Source of the DNA: Octopus vulgaris
Lineage: Eukaryota
Length of the DNA stretch: 64,000 nt
Reading direction: 5' to 3'
Assembly (NCBI GenBank): GCA_951406725.2
Contig: OX597829.1
Coordinates: 30,628,001-30,692,000, forward strand
The notes under the pieces were generated by a model that was given only the letters and a program-made list of their open reading frames with translations, was not told the DNA's origin and ran no database searches. Below are positions 25,456 through 38,732 of this stretch, piece after piece. The translations under genes and the position numbers were made by a program. Every line of letters starts with the position of its first letter. Position 1 is the first letter of the stretch.

Positions 25456-25862
25456 AGATGTAGAGTAACTACTACAAAGTATTTCCTGTAATTACAGCTA
25501 ATCTTGCACAGAGCTATTGATATAAATATTTTTTGAAAGCACATTAGGAATACATTGCAAATCAGAAATCCGCTAATGGGTTCAATATTTTTTTATATTA
25601 TTTAGTTGAAACCTATTTTGATTGTGTCTTGATGAATGCATCCATTTTCTGCAAACAATTGTGGCCCAATTGTTACACATAATTATTTTAATAATCAGAT
25701 TTCTATATAATTATTATATAGTTAGGTAGTTTGCTTTGCAACCACAAAGCTGCTTGTTCAGTCAATGTAATACCTTGGGGAAGTGCCCTCTCATTGCTAC
25801 TTTTATTTCCCACAAGGGGCCAGCACAGATGGGACATCACAAACACATGTGGGGGTATATAA

Positions 25863-26204
25863 AGGGGTAAAGACCCCCTTTGGTCATGAGTGACCATGGG
25901 TTTGCACCTAGAGAGTTACCCTCTGAGGCACAAGTCTGGGCAAGGTTGTTTTATGGAAGACCAGTAGTCGCCCATGCATACCGGCCTCCCCTCTCCATGC
26001 CACCAGTGTTATCCAAGGGAAAGACAAAGGTCGATACAGCTTGGCACCTGTGACGTCGCAACTCATTTCTACAGCTGAGTGAACTGGAGCAACGTGAAAT
26101 AAAGTGTCTTGCTCAAGAACACAACACGCAGCCCGGTCCGGGATTCGAGCTCACAACCTCACGATCGTAAGCTCGACGCTCTAACCACTGAGCCATGTGC
26201 CTCA
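25863..26204 (-). mobile_element. tRNA-derived CORE-like SINE, family D, with 12-bp TSD
   Basis: Minus-strand GGCTCAGTGGTTAGAGCG...GCTCGAATCC; TSD GGGGGTATATAA at 25851-25862 and 26205-26216. Confidence 0.85.
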
Positions 26205-26579
26205 GGGGGTATATAACACAAAAAAAAATAAAAATAAAAAAACGATTCAATTATGATAATATGTATGATTCATGAAAATGAGCTGCTAATCCCACATCTA
26301 ACAACATCGCTTCTTTTTTAAGTCCTGACACTTTTAGAATGTCCAGATTTAAATTTTCTCATAGCTCCTAGTACCCTATACTTGCTGGTATCCTATTTAT
26401 GTCAATGTCTGTCTTCCAACACTTATATTCCCTTTTATATTTAACAATTGCATCCCTTTGAACTTGCAACACCAACAGACACATGTCCCAACCTACTACA
26501 CTTACCTGTCCTTCCATATCCACATATTTTGCCCTTCTCCAACTAGTCACCTCATTGAACAGTTCCTCCTGTGCATCTT

Positions 26580-28469
26580 TGGAAATAATATTACCAACCT
26601 TACTAGTTGTTGAATACTCAACTCCAAAATTATTATTAGAAAAAATGTTATATTTTTTATTACCCCTATTGAATATTTCAATTATATTTAAAATTTCTTT
26701 AATATGATTTGTTTTAACCTGAGCCCCAAAAGGAAGATTAATCATATTTTATTTTTATCTTTTATATTATTATAATATTTTTTTTTGTAATATTATTGAA
26801 TTTATTATCTTCATTAATTGAATTAAATTTTATCTTATTTTTATTTTTATTTATATTTTTGTTTTTTATTCCAATATTAAATGTATGATTTACATCATCA
26901 AAATACCTATTATTATTAAGACGATAGATACCTAAATAAAATTTATAATTCAGATAATTTGGTTTATCATTATAAAAATCATTTATATTATACTCCTTCA
27001 AATTATAATTATGTTTACAAGGTATTAAAGAATTTAACATTATTATTATATCCTGCCTCAATCAGAGCTTTATTATAAGGTGCATGTTTATTAAAAATCT
27101 CTAAATCATAAGTAATGATATTCTTTTACCTACATTATTTATCAACGATTTTTTAACAGAAGGTGGATGATTACTATAAGCATTAATGTATCTGATATTT
27201 TCATTAATTTTATGGAATAGGTGGGTTTTACCCGTTATTAAATTAAAATTATCATCTAAATAATTAACATTATAGTTCTCATTATAAATATTATAAATAG
27301 TAATACTTAAACCATATCTTTTAAAGAAATTATAAAGTTTCTTTTTATATAATTCTAATTTTCTATTTGTACAACCCCTAGTAAGTAATAAAAGGTCATC
27401 CCTATATAAACCACCCTCCAAATTAAAATTTTCTAATTGAAGTTCTGATAATAAATAAATACCTACTAAATCAGTAGCCTGTGCAGAATCTGGTGCCCCC
27501 ATAGGTATATCAAAATAATTTCTAGTATCCTTCCTAGCCCATAATTTATTATATCTAATTAACGATTTCCTAGCCATTTTAATAACATTAACTTCATCAG
27601 AGGTCATTCCTACCTTATTCATTGCATATATTAGGGCTTTATTAAGTACAATCTCATTAATCGAAGAATAATAATTATCTATTTGAATGAATTTATAGTT
27701 ATTTTTATCTTTAGTATTATGAAACCATTTTTAAAGTATCATTATTACTACTCCAAAGTTTAAGGAAATTAAATTCATTTAATCTATTAATGTATTTATC
27801 TAGAATAATTTTACTTAATTTATCTAAATCTGATTTACATGGACAAATTAATCTAACCTTAGGGTCAGAATAAAAATTTTCCTTAAGGTCTTTCAAAGTT
27901 ATTCTAGGGTGTATAGGTACATAAGGTTCAGTTTTATTATCTAAATTATATTTCATCATTATTAATTTAGAGGCTGTATTTATATTATAGAGTGTATTTT
28001 CTGGAACAATTTTATATTTTTTCTTTCTTTCTTTCTTTAATAGGAATTCATATAATTTAATATTTATTTTATAGAGGTTCTTAGTTTTATCTGCTTGTAC
28101 TATGATACCTTCCATATTTCGCATTTCTTTAATTTTAATAGCTAAATTTCTTGAATTTTCATTATGTCTATTTGGGTACTTATGAAATTTAATATTTTTC
28201 ACTACCTTCCAAATATTATCCTCTAAAACCTGTATTTCTCTATTATATGGGAGTTCCTTCCTAGATTTAAATTTTGAATTAATGTTAGCTATGTTACTAC
28301 TATTAATGTTAGCTATGTTACTACTATTATAGTAGGCTTTCCATTTAATCCTAGTAATAAAATCTTTAATATTATTAAGTTTTAAAATATATTCCTTTCT
28401 AGATGGTATAGGAATATCCTTCAAAGATGAATTCCAAAGAAGTGGTTCTATTTTACCTGTAAATTCCAT
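26580..28469 (-). mobile_element. Penelope-like element ORF, disrupted (RT; Naiad-like motifs)
   Basis: SLKDIPIPS...FITRIKWKAY; ADKTKNLY; ITLKDLKENF.SDPKVRLICPCKSDL; FDIPMGAPDSA...DLVGIYLL; GLYRDD; SNHPP; NLPF...VKTN; several frameshifts. Confidence 0.9.
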
Positions 28470-28513
28470 AACCGACGAAAATGAGGGTAAACTCTCAGAA
28501 ATGTTAGTTATAG
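28466..28513 (+). ncRNA. Degenerate minimal hammerhead at the PLE 5' end (antisense to the ORF)
   Basis: CAUAAC-CGACGA-AAA-UGAGGGU-AA-ACUCUCA-GAAA-UG-UUA^GUUAU; CUGA core is damaged but stems I and II can form. Confidence 0.5.
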
Positions 28514-28605
28514 ATATAATATAATATGAGGGAATATTATTCCAAACTTAAAGGGAAAAAATTCAGTTTAGAAATACTAAATAAAATTTCACAAAATATA
28601 ATAGA

Positions 28606-29884
28606 CTAGCATTATGACCCGTCGTTGCCGGGTCATAGTGCTAGTGCATGTATATATGTGTACATATTACATGTACATCTATATATATACATCTACACAT
28701 AAAATACAAAATACAAAGTTATATCTTGATATCACTAGTGATAACAATACTCAAAATATATAATAGGCTGGAATTGTAGGCCCGTCTCTTGCAATTTCGA
28801 TCAATTGTATCTTGTTCTCCCACTTGTATAGAAGTGTGGCTACAATCCAGCCTACCTCTACTTCTGGGGGGACATTTTAAATTTTTATCTGGGACGTAGG
28901 ACGTCCCAGATCTTGCTTCTATTGTGGCGAATTTACTGCCTCTGGTTAGATATCTTTCATAGTCGCACCAAGACACTTTTTGATGGTGCTTTCCTCCAGG
29001 TGTTCAAATCTTTTTTTTCTACATTGTATACTTTATAGACAATAGTCTTTTCTTTAATTTAATTTTTTATTTCGTTTGGTGGTGTTATCCTTGGTTCACC
29101 ATCTTTGTCGGTGATCAATCCGAAATAGGTTTGTATTTCTTCCATTTTAATTTTAATGAGTTCGCGCCCGCCGACGGCTGCAGTGAAATTCATTTTTGGA
29201 CTTTCTTTTATCGAAGGCATTCTAACAAAAATGCTTCCGTATAAACAGTGAAAATATTGTCAATTTCCCCAAACAGGGACACAATTCAATTTTTAAACAA
29301 TAACCAAAGCTCCTTCTCCCAAAGGGGGAGGGTTATAGCTTACAATTATTTAACAAATGCAACACAACAACGTTTCCCTTACGAGGAACCAACAAACGTG
29401 ATAATAGTTAAACAGTAATAATAATAACAACAAACCTTACGGTGAATCAAAGAGTAGTACGCAGTTGATTTAATTTAATTTATTCCCATTCATGTGAAAC
29501 CACTTACTCAAGTTCAAGTCATTGATGCAATTTTATACCAATTACTATTTTTACTTTTGTTATGTTACGATTATATTATACTTTAGTTTGATTTTAATTA
29601 TTACTTACTACATATAATTCAATTGTTATTATTATCTCTAATTTTTATAGTTAAAGTGAAAGTATCTGACATAAAATAGAGAAATGTTTTAGCTTCACTT
29701 TTAACACATAATACTGAAATAGTGGAAAAGATATGATATTGCTATGGGCTCGCCCTAGGCAAAAAGTTACACAGGCCTAAGTAAGGCATGTGTAAAATTT
29801 GAATGAAATTGGTTGTGTAGTTCTCAAGTTTTAGGAAACACACAGACAGACAGACACACACATTCTCAGTTTTATATATATAGA
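28606..29884 (-). mobile_element. Non-autonomous Helitron
   Basis: Minus strand: A|TCTATATATATAAAA... 5' end; 17-bp hairpin at 28605-28645 ending CTAG|T. Confidence 0.8.
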
Positions 29885-30349
29885 TATATATAAATAGTAT
29901 CTATAGATACTACACATATATTAATAATATAATTAGTTTATCTAATAGGTGCGTATATATTTAAACCATTTCCTATTATTAATTCTAATAGTTATAGCTT
30001 GTACTAACATTATGTATATTACTTAACATTAAGGTTTTTAATATAAATTACTTAATGAGTATAAGATTTTATTTAGATGTTTATTAAATAAATAAATTAA
30101 TTAATAATTTAATTCAATGTATATAGATTAAATTATAGTATTTAGTTTTCACTTAATGTATATTTTGTATTTTATATATGTGTATATATATGTATATATA
30201 TCTTTTAAATATTTTAATTAATTGTATCTTATATTTTATTCTATTTTTTTTATTTAAACAAGAATATATTTAAGATATTTCGTATTTTACAAGATAATTT
30301 ACGTATATTTATTAATTTATCTAATTAATTATTTTATTGTCTTTATCTT

Positions 30350-30441
30350 TAACCTGAAGAATGGCTATATTTATATTGAAGTAATTTTACTATTATTATA
30401 ACTATCATTTCTTAAGTATAGCCACGAAACACGTGTTGTTA
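30350..30441 (+). ncRNA. Type I hammerhead with long stem II in a PLE pseudo-LTR
   Basis: UAAC-CUGAAGA-A-UGGCUAUAUUUA...UAAGUAUAGCCA-C-GAAAC-ACGU-GUU^GUUA; palindromic stem III AACACGUGUU. Confidence 0.75.
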
Positions 30442-30614
30442 TTCTATCAAATATATACATTTTATTTACTATTCTGTACATTACTTAATCATTGTTATAT
30501 GTTTTATCTTATATTTATTCTTACTATAATATGTAATTTTTCTAGATGGTATAATTTAATTTTTCATTATTGAATTGATAAAAGGTGTTTTTTTTCCTAA
30601 TTTATATATATCTA

Positions 30615-32542
30615 CTAGCTAAAAAGCACGTAAAAAGCACCATCCGAACGTGGCCGATGGCAGCGCTGCCTTGACTGGTTTCCATGCTGGTGGCACGTAA
30701 AAAGCACCAACCGATTGTGGCTGCTGCCAGCCCCCACTCCTGGCACCTGTGCCGGTGGCACGAAAAAAGCACCCACTACACTCATGGAGTGGTTGGCGTT
30801 AGGAAGGGCATCCAGCTGTAGAAACACTGCCAGATAAGACTGGAGCCTGGTGCAGCCTCCTAGCTTCCCAGACCCCGGTCAAACCGTCCAACCTGTGCTA
30901 GCACGGAAAACGGATGTTAAACGATGATGATGATGATGATTCTCCCTCTTAGTTTCTCTCTCCTTTCTCTCTCACTTTCCCACTCTCTTACTCTTCCTTT
31001 CTCTCGAACTCTCTCTCGCTTTCTCTTACTCTCTATCTTTATCTATCTCTCCCATTTATAAACAACAAAAGATCTTGAGTAAGTTGAGAAAGAATATATT
31101 TTGAAAGATCAATCATAAATATCAGGCAGTGACAACGGAAAGGTCTGCTTCAAGGTAGACAGCAAAACACTAACATTTAAAAGGGACAGATGAACTTGCG
31201 AGCTGAATAAAAATAAAAAAATATTGGAAACCAAAGTTTGAAGGGATAGAATCTGAGGATAGTAGAGTCACCATGGCTGGCATTTCTTAACGACGGACAG
31301 CAACGTATTGACAGTTTAACGGCTGGCGTAAAATTTTGAACTTGATGTAAAAGAAAATTCCTAAACACCAAGTTTTGAAGTGATTCTTTCTCATGAAAGT
31401 AGACTCACCATGGCAAGCATTCAAAATTTCTTCATCATGGACGGCAACACATTGACGATTAAAAGGCTGGTGCAAATTTTTTAGCTTGATGTAACAGAGA
31501 GTTCCTAAAGACCCGCTCCTGTAAATTTTAATCCCCTTCCAGCCCCATTTAGACCACTTTCCACATTTTGGTTAATATAACCTGATTTCATTCGGGTCTA
31601 CTCGGGCCACGTTTTATAAGATGAGGAATTTCGTCCTAGAGATCACGCCTTTCATTTGAGGAAAAAAATAGTTGCCATGCAAACTCACCAGCAATTTTAA
31701 CATAGGTGTGCATATTTGTATACAAATTATATTTATATATATATATATAAAAATTAAATTAGAGATAAAAAACCACTATTAGGCAAATCAAACAGTGAAA
31801 AACATAAACCATAACATAAAAATAAAAATATAATATATAAAATATAAAATTGAAACATTTAAATTATTTAAATTTAAAATTAAAATTATTAATTTATATT
31901 TATAATTAAAAACAAAATATATATATAACTATCAAAAAGTATTAAAAAGTTTAATATACATAAATACAGATATATACACTTTGTATATATACATTATATA
32001 TACATATTTATATATAGAACACACACACACATATAAATTAACTCAATAAATATCTGATTCATAATATTTATTCTCACGATTGTGTGGTGATGGTGGCGAT
32101 GATAATTCTCTCTATGAATGCAGACAGACGTAGAGAGAGAGAGTGTGTGAAAGCGCAGTCGAAGGCGGGGAGGGGGGATATAGGACGCTGTGAAACGACA
32201 TTATAAAGAGAAAGTGAACGGAAAGTAGACGCTGTGAAGGCGAAGTAGACGTTATAGATAGAAAGTGATGGGAAGGGAGGAAAGAGAGTGAGTGACGGAG
32301 GAAGACAGATACATAAAAGAATGAGAGTAGACTTGTCAAAGTGAGTTTTTGGCCCTAGCAACGACACCTTTTAAGATGGGGATTTCTAACCTGGCTCACT
32401 AACATCCTCACCTCATTTTACATGTTCCTGTAAATTTTGGAGTCAGTCCAATGGGATCTAGTGGCCTTTAACCCGTCCTCAATGCCAAAACCAGACAAAC
32501 AAACAAACAAACTTTTCGCATTTCAGATTTATAATATAGAGA
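30615..32542 (-). mobile_element. Second non-autonomous Helitron with nested insertions
   Basis: 5' A|TCTCTATATTATAAA at 32542 and 3' CTAG|T at 30615; removing it restores the flanking PLE tail; internal ~140-bp tandem duplication at 31231-31510. Confidence 0.6.
30620..30940 (+). mobile_element. RTE 3' UTR-derived repeat
   Basis: Near-identical to 17265-17550, with (GAT)n tail. Confidence 0.8.
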
Positions 32543-32626
32543 TTATATTTTGTGAAATTTGATTTAGTATTTCTAAATTGAATTTTTTCCCTGTAAGTTT
32601 GGAATATTCCCTCATATTATTATCAT

Positions 32627-34285
32627 TATATGTATATATATATGTGTATATGTGTATATATGTATATGTGTATATACGTATATGTGTATATGTGTGTTTA
32701 TGTATATGTTTATATATGTATCATCATTTAGAATTTCAACTACAGTCCTCCGCTCTACCAACTGAGCTATCGCATATATATATGTATGTATATAAATATG
32801 TGTATATATGTATGTATATATATGTGTATATGTGTATGTATATATATGTGTATATATGTATGTATATAAATGTGTATATATGTATGTATATATATGTGTA
32901 TATATGTATGTATATATATGTGTATATATGTATGTATATAAATGTGTATATATGTATGTATATAAATATGTGTATATATGTATGTATATATATGTGTATA
33001 TATATATGTGTATATATGTATGTATATATATGTATGTGTATATATGTATGTGTATATATATATGTATATATGTATGTATATATATGTGTATATATGTATG
33101 TATATATATGTGTATATATATATGTATATATATATATTTATGTGTATATGTATGTGTATATATATATATGTGTATATGTATGTGTATATATATATATATG
33201 TGTATATGTATGTGTATATATATATATGTGTATATGTATGTGTATATATATATGTGTATATGTATGTGTATATATATATATGTGTATATGTATGTGTATA
33301 TATATATGTGTATATGTATGTGTATATATATATGTGTATATGTATGTGTATATATATATGTGTATATGTATGTGTATATATATATGTGTATATGTATGTG
33401 TATATATATATATGTGTATATGTATGTGTATATATATATATATGTGTATATGTATGTGTATATATGTACTTATATGTATGTGTATATATATATGTGTATA
33501 TATGTATGTATATGTATGTGTATATATATATGTGTATATATGTATGTATATGTATGTGTATATATATGTGTATATATATATGTGTATATATGTATGTGTA
33601 TATATGTATGTGTATATATGTATGTGTATATATGTGTATATATGTATATATGTGTATATATATATGTGTATATATATATGTGTATATATGTATGTGTATA
33701 TATATATATGTGTATATATGTATGTATGTATATATATATATGTGTATATATGTATGTATATATATATATATGTGTATATATGTATATATATATATATGTG
33801 TATATATGTATGTGTATATATATATGTGTATATATGTATGTGTATATATATATGTGTATATATGTATATATATATATATGTGTATATATGTATATATATA
33901 TGTGTATATATGTATATATATATGTGTATATATGTATATATATATGTGTATATATGTATATATATATGTGTATATATGTATATATATGTGTGTATATATG
34001 TATATATATATATGTATGTATATATGTATATATATATATGTGTATATATGTATGTATATATATATGTGTGTATATATGTATATATATATATGTGTATATA
34101 TGTATGTATATATATGTGTGTATATATGTATATATGTTATATATGTATATGTGTGTATATATGTATATATATATATGTGTGTATATATGTATATATATAT
34201 ATGTGTGTATATATGTATATATATATATGTGTGTATATATGTATATATATGTATATATATATATATGTATATATATGTGTGTATA

Positions 34286-34332
<47 letters not shown>

Positions 34333-34963
34333 GTGTGTATATATGTATATATATGTGTGTTATATATGTATATATATATGTGTATATATGTATATATATA
34401 TATGTATATATGTGTGTATATATATGTATATATATGTGTGTATATATGTGTGTGTATATATATGTATATATATATATGTATATATATGTGTGTATATATA
34501 TGTATATATATGTGTGTATATATATGTGTGTATATATATGTGTATATATATGTATATATATATGTGTGTATATATATGTGTATATATATGTATATATATA
34601 TATATGTATATATATGTGTGTATATATATGTATATATATATATATGTATATATATATGTGTGTATATATGTATATATATATGTATGTGTATATGTATATA
34701 TATATATGTATGTGTATATGTATATATGTATATATATATATGTATGTGTATATGTATATATGTATATATATATATGTGTGTATATATGTATATATATGTA
34801 TATATATATATGTGTGTATATATGTATATATATGTATATATATATATGTGTGTATATATGTATATATATGTATATATATATATATGTATATATATGTGTG
34901 TATATATGTATATGTATGTGTATATGTATGTGTATATGTATATATGTAAATATATATATGTGT
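32627..34963. repeat. 2.3-kb compound (TA)n/(TATG)n microsatellite
   Basis: Seen directly; source of the spurious Y/I/M/V/C ORFs. Confidence 0.95.
32716..32772 (-). pseudogene. tRNA-Tyr(GTA) fragment: 5' exon plus probable intron
   Basis: Minus-strand CGATAGCTCAGTTGGTAGAGCGGAGGACTGTAG matches the eukaryotic tRNA-Tyr 5' exon, followed by a 22-nt intron-like segment; the 3' exon is missing. Confidence 0.8.
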
Positions 34964-36337
34964 GAAACTAATCGTGTTCCTTGAAGAATATGACTTGCTG
35001 ACTGATTTTGACCAGGTAGAAGCTGTCTAACACAGCTCCTGCAACACTATGACTGAGTGTTAAAACAGCTACTAAATGGCTCAAGTGTGGATGTGATATA
35101 TCTCGACTTTGCAAAAACCTTTGATAAAGTTGACCATGGTATGGTCTGTCACAAACTGTGTGATCTAGGCATAGGTGGAAAACTTGGAGAGTGGCTGCAC
35201 AACTTCCTAAAAGATAGAAGGCAGGCAGGCGTGGCCAATGGAGCCACCTCCAAGGAAACACAAATAACAATTGGTGTTCCACAGAGCACTGTCTTGGGAC
35301 CACTGCTGTTCATTGTGGCCCTTTCAGACATGCCCCCAGTTGCTAAGATGGCCACCCTTGCTAGCTATGCAGATGACACAAAAGTCTCTCAGATAATACA
35401 AAACCCTGGAAATATTACACATCTGCAACGGGAGTTGGATACAATATACAGGTGGGCTGAGGACAACAAAATGCAGTTTAATGCAGGGAAGTTTCATGCC
35501 CTGTGCTACCGGCACACAAAGGTGAACGACGTGCAGACTGGATACATTTGCCCGGGAAGAATTGCAATTCCTGAATCAAAATCAGTGCGTGACCTGAGCA
35601 TTGACATGAGCAATGATGCATCTTTTCAAGTGCATATTGCCAATTTGGTAATAAAATGCAGACGGCTAGCTGGATGGAGCCTCCAAACTTTCAGAACAAG
35701 AGAGAAGGAGACACTGATGGTCCTCTGGAAGACATTCGTCCTCAGCCACTTGGACTACGGCTCCCAACTATGGTCACCACACAATATAAATTTAACAGCA
35801 GAACTCGAAGCAATCCAACGAAGCTACACTAAGAAGATAGTCTCAATGCAACATATCAGCTACTGGGAAAGACTGAAAGTATTAAATCTCTTCTCCCTGG
35901 AGCGAAGACGGGAGAGATATGCAGTGATATACATCTGGAAAATCCTGGAGGGGTCTTGTCCCGAATTTTGGCATTGAAAGTTACCCCAACAGCAGAATGA
36001 GGTGCCACTGCATGGTGCCAAAGATCCCAACATCCCCATCAAAATACAGGACCAGATACTGCAACAGTTTGGGTTTCAGGGGACCACAGCTCTTCAATAT
36101 CCTTCCTAAATGCCTGAAAGAACTGCATGGTGTGGATGTGGGTTTCTTTAAAACTAAACTGGATCTCTTCTTGTCAGGGGTTCCAGATGAACCTACCACT
36201 CAGCAGGAAACACATATGCGGACAGCGGCGTCAAACTCCCTTGTTGCCCAAGTGCCACATATCAGGTGGTTTCAGATACTAGTGTAGCTCATTCAACGGT
36301 GGTGTCCCAGCATGGCTGAAACATTTTAAAGGATTTA
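34960..36337 (+). mobile_element. 5'-truncated CR1/L2-group LINE (RT domain and 3' end)
   Basis: DVIYLDFAKTFDKVDH, GVPQSTVLGPLLF, YADDTK, SLERRRERY; tail GGTGTCCCAGCATGGCTGAAACATTTTAAAGGATTTA. Confidence 0.9.
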
Positions 36338-36409
36338 TGTATGTGTATATATATACATATATATGTATGTGTGTGTGTGTGTGTATGTATATATATATAT
36401 GTGTGTATG

Positions 36410-36444
<35 letters not shown>

Positions 36445-36453
36445 GTGTGTATG

Positions 36454-36484
<31 letters not shown>

Positions 36485-37267
36485 ATGTATATGCATATAT
36501 GTGTGTATATGCATATGTGTATATATGTATATACATATATATGTATATATATATGTATATGCATGGTGCTATTTATGAGCCACCGGCACAGAAGCCAGTG
36601 AGGTGGCGCTGGCATCGGCCACGTTCGGATGGTGCTTTTTATGTGCCACCGGCACAGGTATCACAGCTACTATTTCCATTGAGATATATATATATATACA
36701 TATTTATATATACATATGTATGTGCTTACATATGTATATACACACATATATATATATATATACACATATATATACATATACACACATGCATACACACATA
36801 TTACATATATATAGTGGTTGTCTACTGTATATGTTGAGTGTGACCTCGTCTTCTACTTACACCATAGATTAATTACGGCAGCTTGTGTGGCTTTTTAAAC
36901 CAATGAATATATTTAAGAGACCCATGTAGAGTGTGTATCTGATTTGGACCACCATTAGCTGCTTTTATTTGCTTTTGTTTGTGGACCTTGAAATGTGTTA
37001 TGAGGTTTCCATTAGATTAAATTTGGAGACTTCATGGCATACACGGCATGGAAAAGAGTGTTTAGTGGAGCTATGTTTTTCATGTATCCCCAAATGAGGA
37101 TTGAGCCTAGGAAAAGAAAGGCATGATATGTTGCAGAATGTGCACACCGAAAGTTGCTGAGATACACCTTCTCGTTAATTGCAAATTTCTTGTTTGAATC
37201 TCTCTTGTGTCTTGCATTTGTCATCCTGGCCTCTTCAAAGCTTTCACTCCACTCCACATTTTTGTTT

Positions 37268-37661
37268 GCCGTGGCTGTGTGGTATGTAGCTTGTTTACTA
37301 ACCACATGGTTCCGGGTTCAATCCCACTGTGTGGCACCTTGGGCAAGTGTCTTCTGCTATAGCCTCGGGCTGACCAAAGCCTTGTGAGTGGAATTGGTAG
37401 ACGGAAACTGAAAGAAGCCTGTCGTATATATGTATATATATATGTATATATATGTGTGTGCGTGTATGTTTGTGTTTGTCCCCCTAGCATTGCTTGACAA
37501 CCGATGCTGGTGTGTTTATGTCCCCGTCACCTAGCGGTTCGGCAAAAGAGACCGATAGAATAAGTACTGGGCTTACGAAGAATAAGTCCTGGGGTCGAGT
37601 TGCTCGATTAAAGGCGGTGCTCCAGCATGGCCGCAGTCAAATGACTGAAACAAGTAAAAGA

Positions 37662-37662
<1 letters not shown>
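37268..37662 (+). mobile_element. Family A SINE, well conserved
   Basis: Full head, body and tail. Confidence 0.9.
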
Positions 37663-37710
<48 letters not shown>

Positions 37711-38054
37711 CTCTTCTGATAGCATAAAGCCCTTCCTCTCAGGTTCCATAGGCTTGCCAACTGCAGGGCAACTTCACTAGTGCTGGTGGCACAAGAAAAT
37801 CACTCAGATGCACTGTAAAGTGGTTGGTTCTAGGAAGGACATCAAGCTGTCGAATACATACCAAAGCAGATATTGGAGAATGATGCAGTCTCTGGACCCA
37901 TTAGATATTATCAAACCAACCAACTTATTGCCAGCCTAGAATATTGATATTAAATGGTGATGATGGTATGTACGTACATAGGTACTTATGTATGCATGCA
38001 TATGTACATGTTCTGTGTGCACTGTCACATTAATGTATCTTATAGAGCAATGTT

Positions 38055-38353
38055 GTTTTTTTTTTTTGTTCCTTCTCGAACTAGGTCTGGTTTCCCGATT
38101 TCCTTGGCGTATAGGTTCCCCCACCTGGATGGGACGCCGGTCCATCGCAGGTGAGCTGCAAGATGCAGGAGGAAAGAGTGAGAGAAAGTTGTTGCAAAAG
38201 AGTCAGCAGAAGTTCGCCATTACCTTCTGCCGGAGCCGCTTGAAGCTTAGGTATTTTGATCATATACACGCACACCGCCCGGTCTGAGATTCGAACCCGC
38301 GATCCCTCGACCGCGAGTCCGCTGCTCTAACCATTAGGCCATGTGCCTCCACA
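38055..38353 (-). mobile_element. Family C-related SINE
   Basis: Minus-strand GGAGGCACATGGCCTAATGGTTAGAGCAGCGGACTCGCGG...GGTTCGAATC. Confidence 0.85.
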
Positions 38354-38701
38354 TACAGCAATGTTGAGGTTTATTTGATTATAATGTTATGTGTACCTTG
38401 TTTTACTACATTCAGAATGATATTTGTGCGTGTGTGTGTGTGTGTCTGTCTGTCCGTGTGTCAGCAAGATAGGCAACTGAAACCAACAAACTTGGTATAA
38501 AGAGTCATTTAATATGCCAAACTTCTTGTTTGGTTCATTGTAAAGTGTAATTAAATTACAGTTAAGTGAGCCACTAATTGCTGACTACCCGTTTCACATA
38601 ATGAACTGCATATCAGGAGACCATCCATCATATATAGCAGTGATCTGTTTGTATGAGCAGTCTCTGTCTGTCTTCTCTCTTTGTCTAACTCTGTTTCCCT
38701 C

Positions 38702-38732
<31 letters not shown>

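Noticed and set aside
32578-34984. ORFs of 668-795 aa
   Set aside because: Translations of (TA/TG)n microsatellite, which lacks stop codons; not genes.
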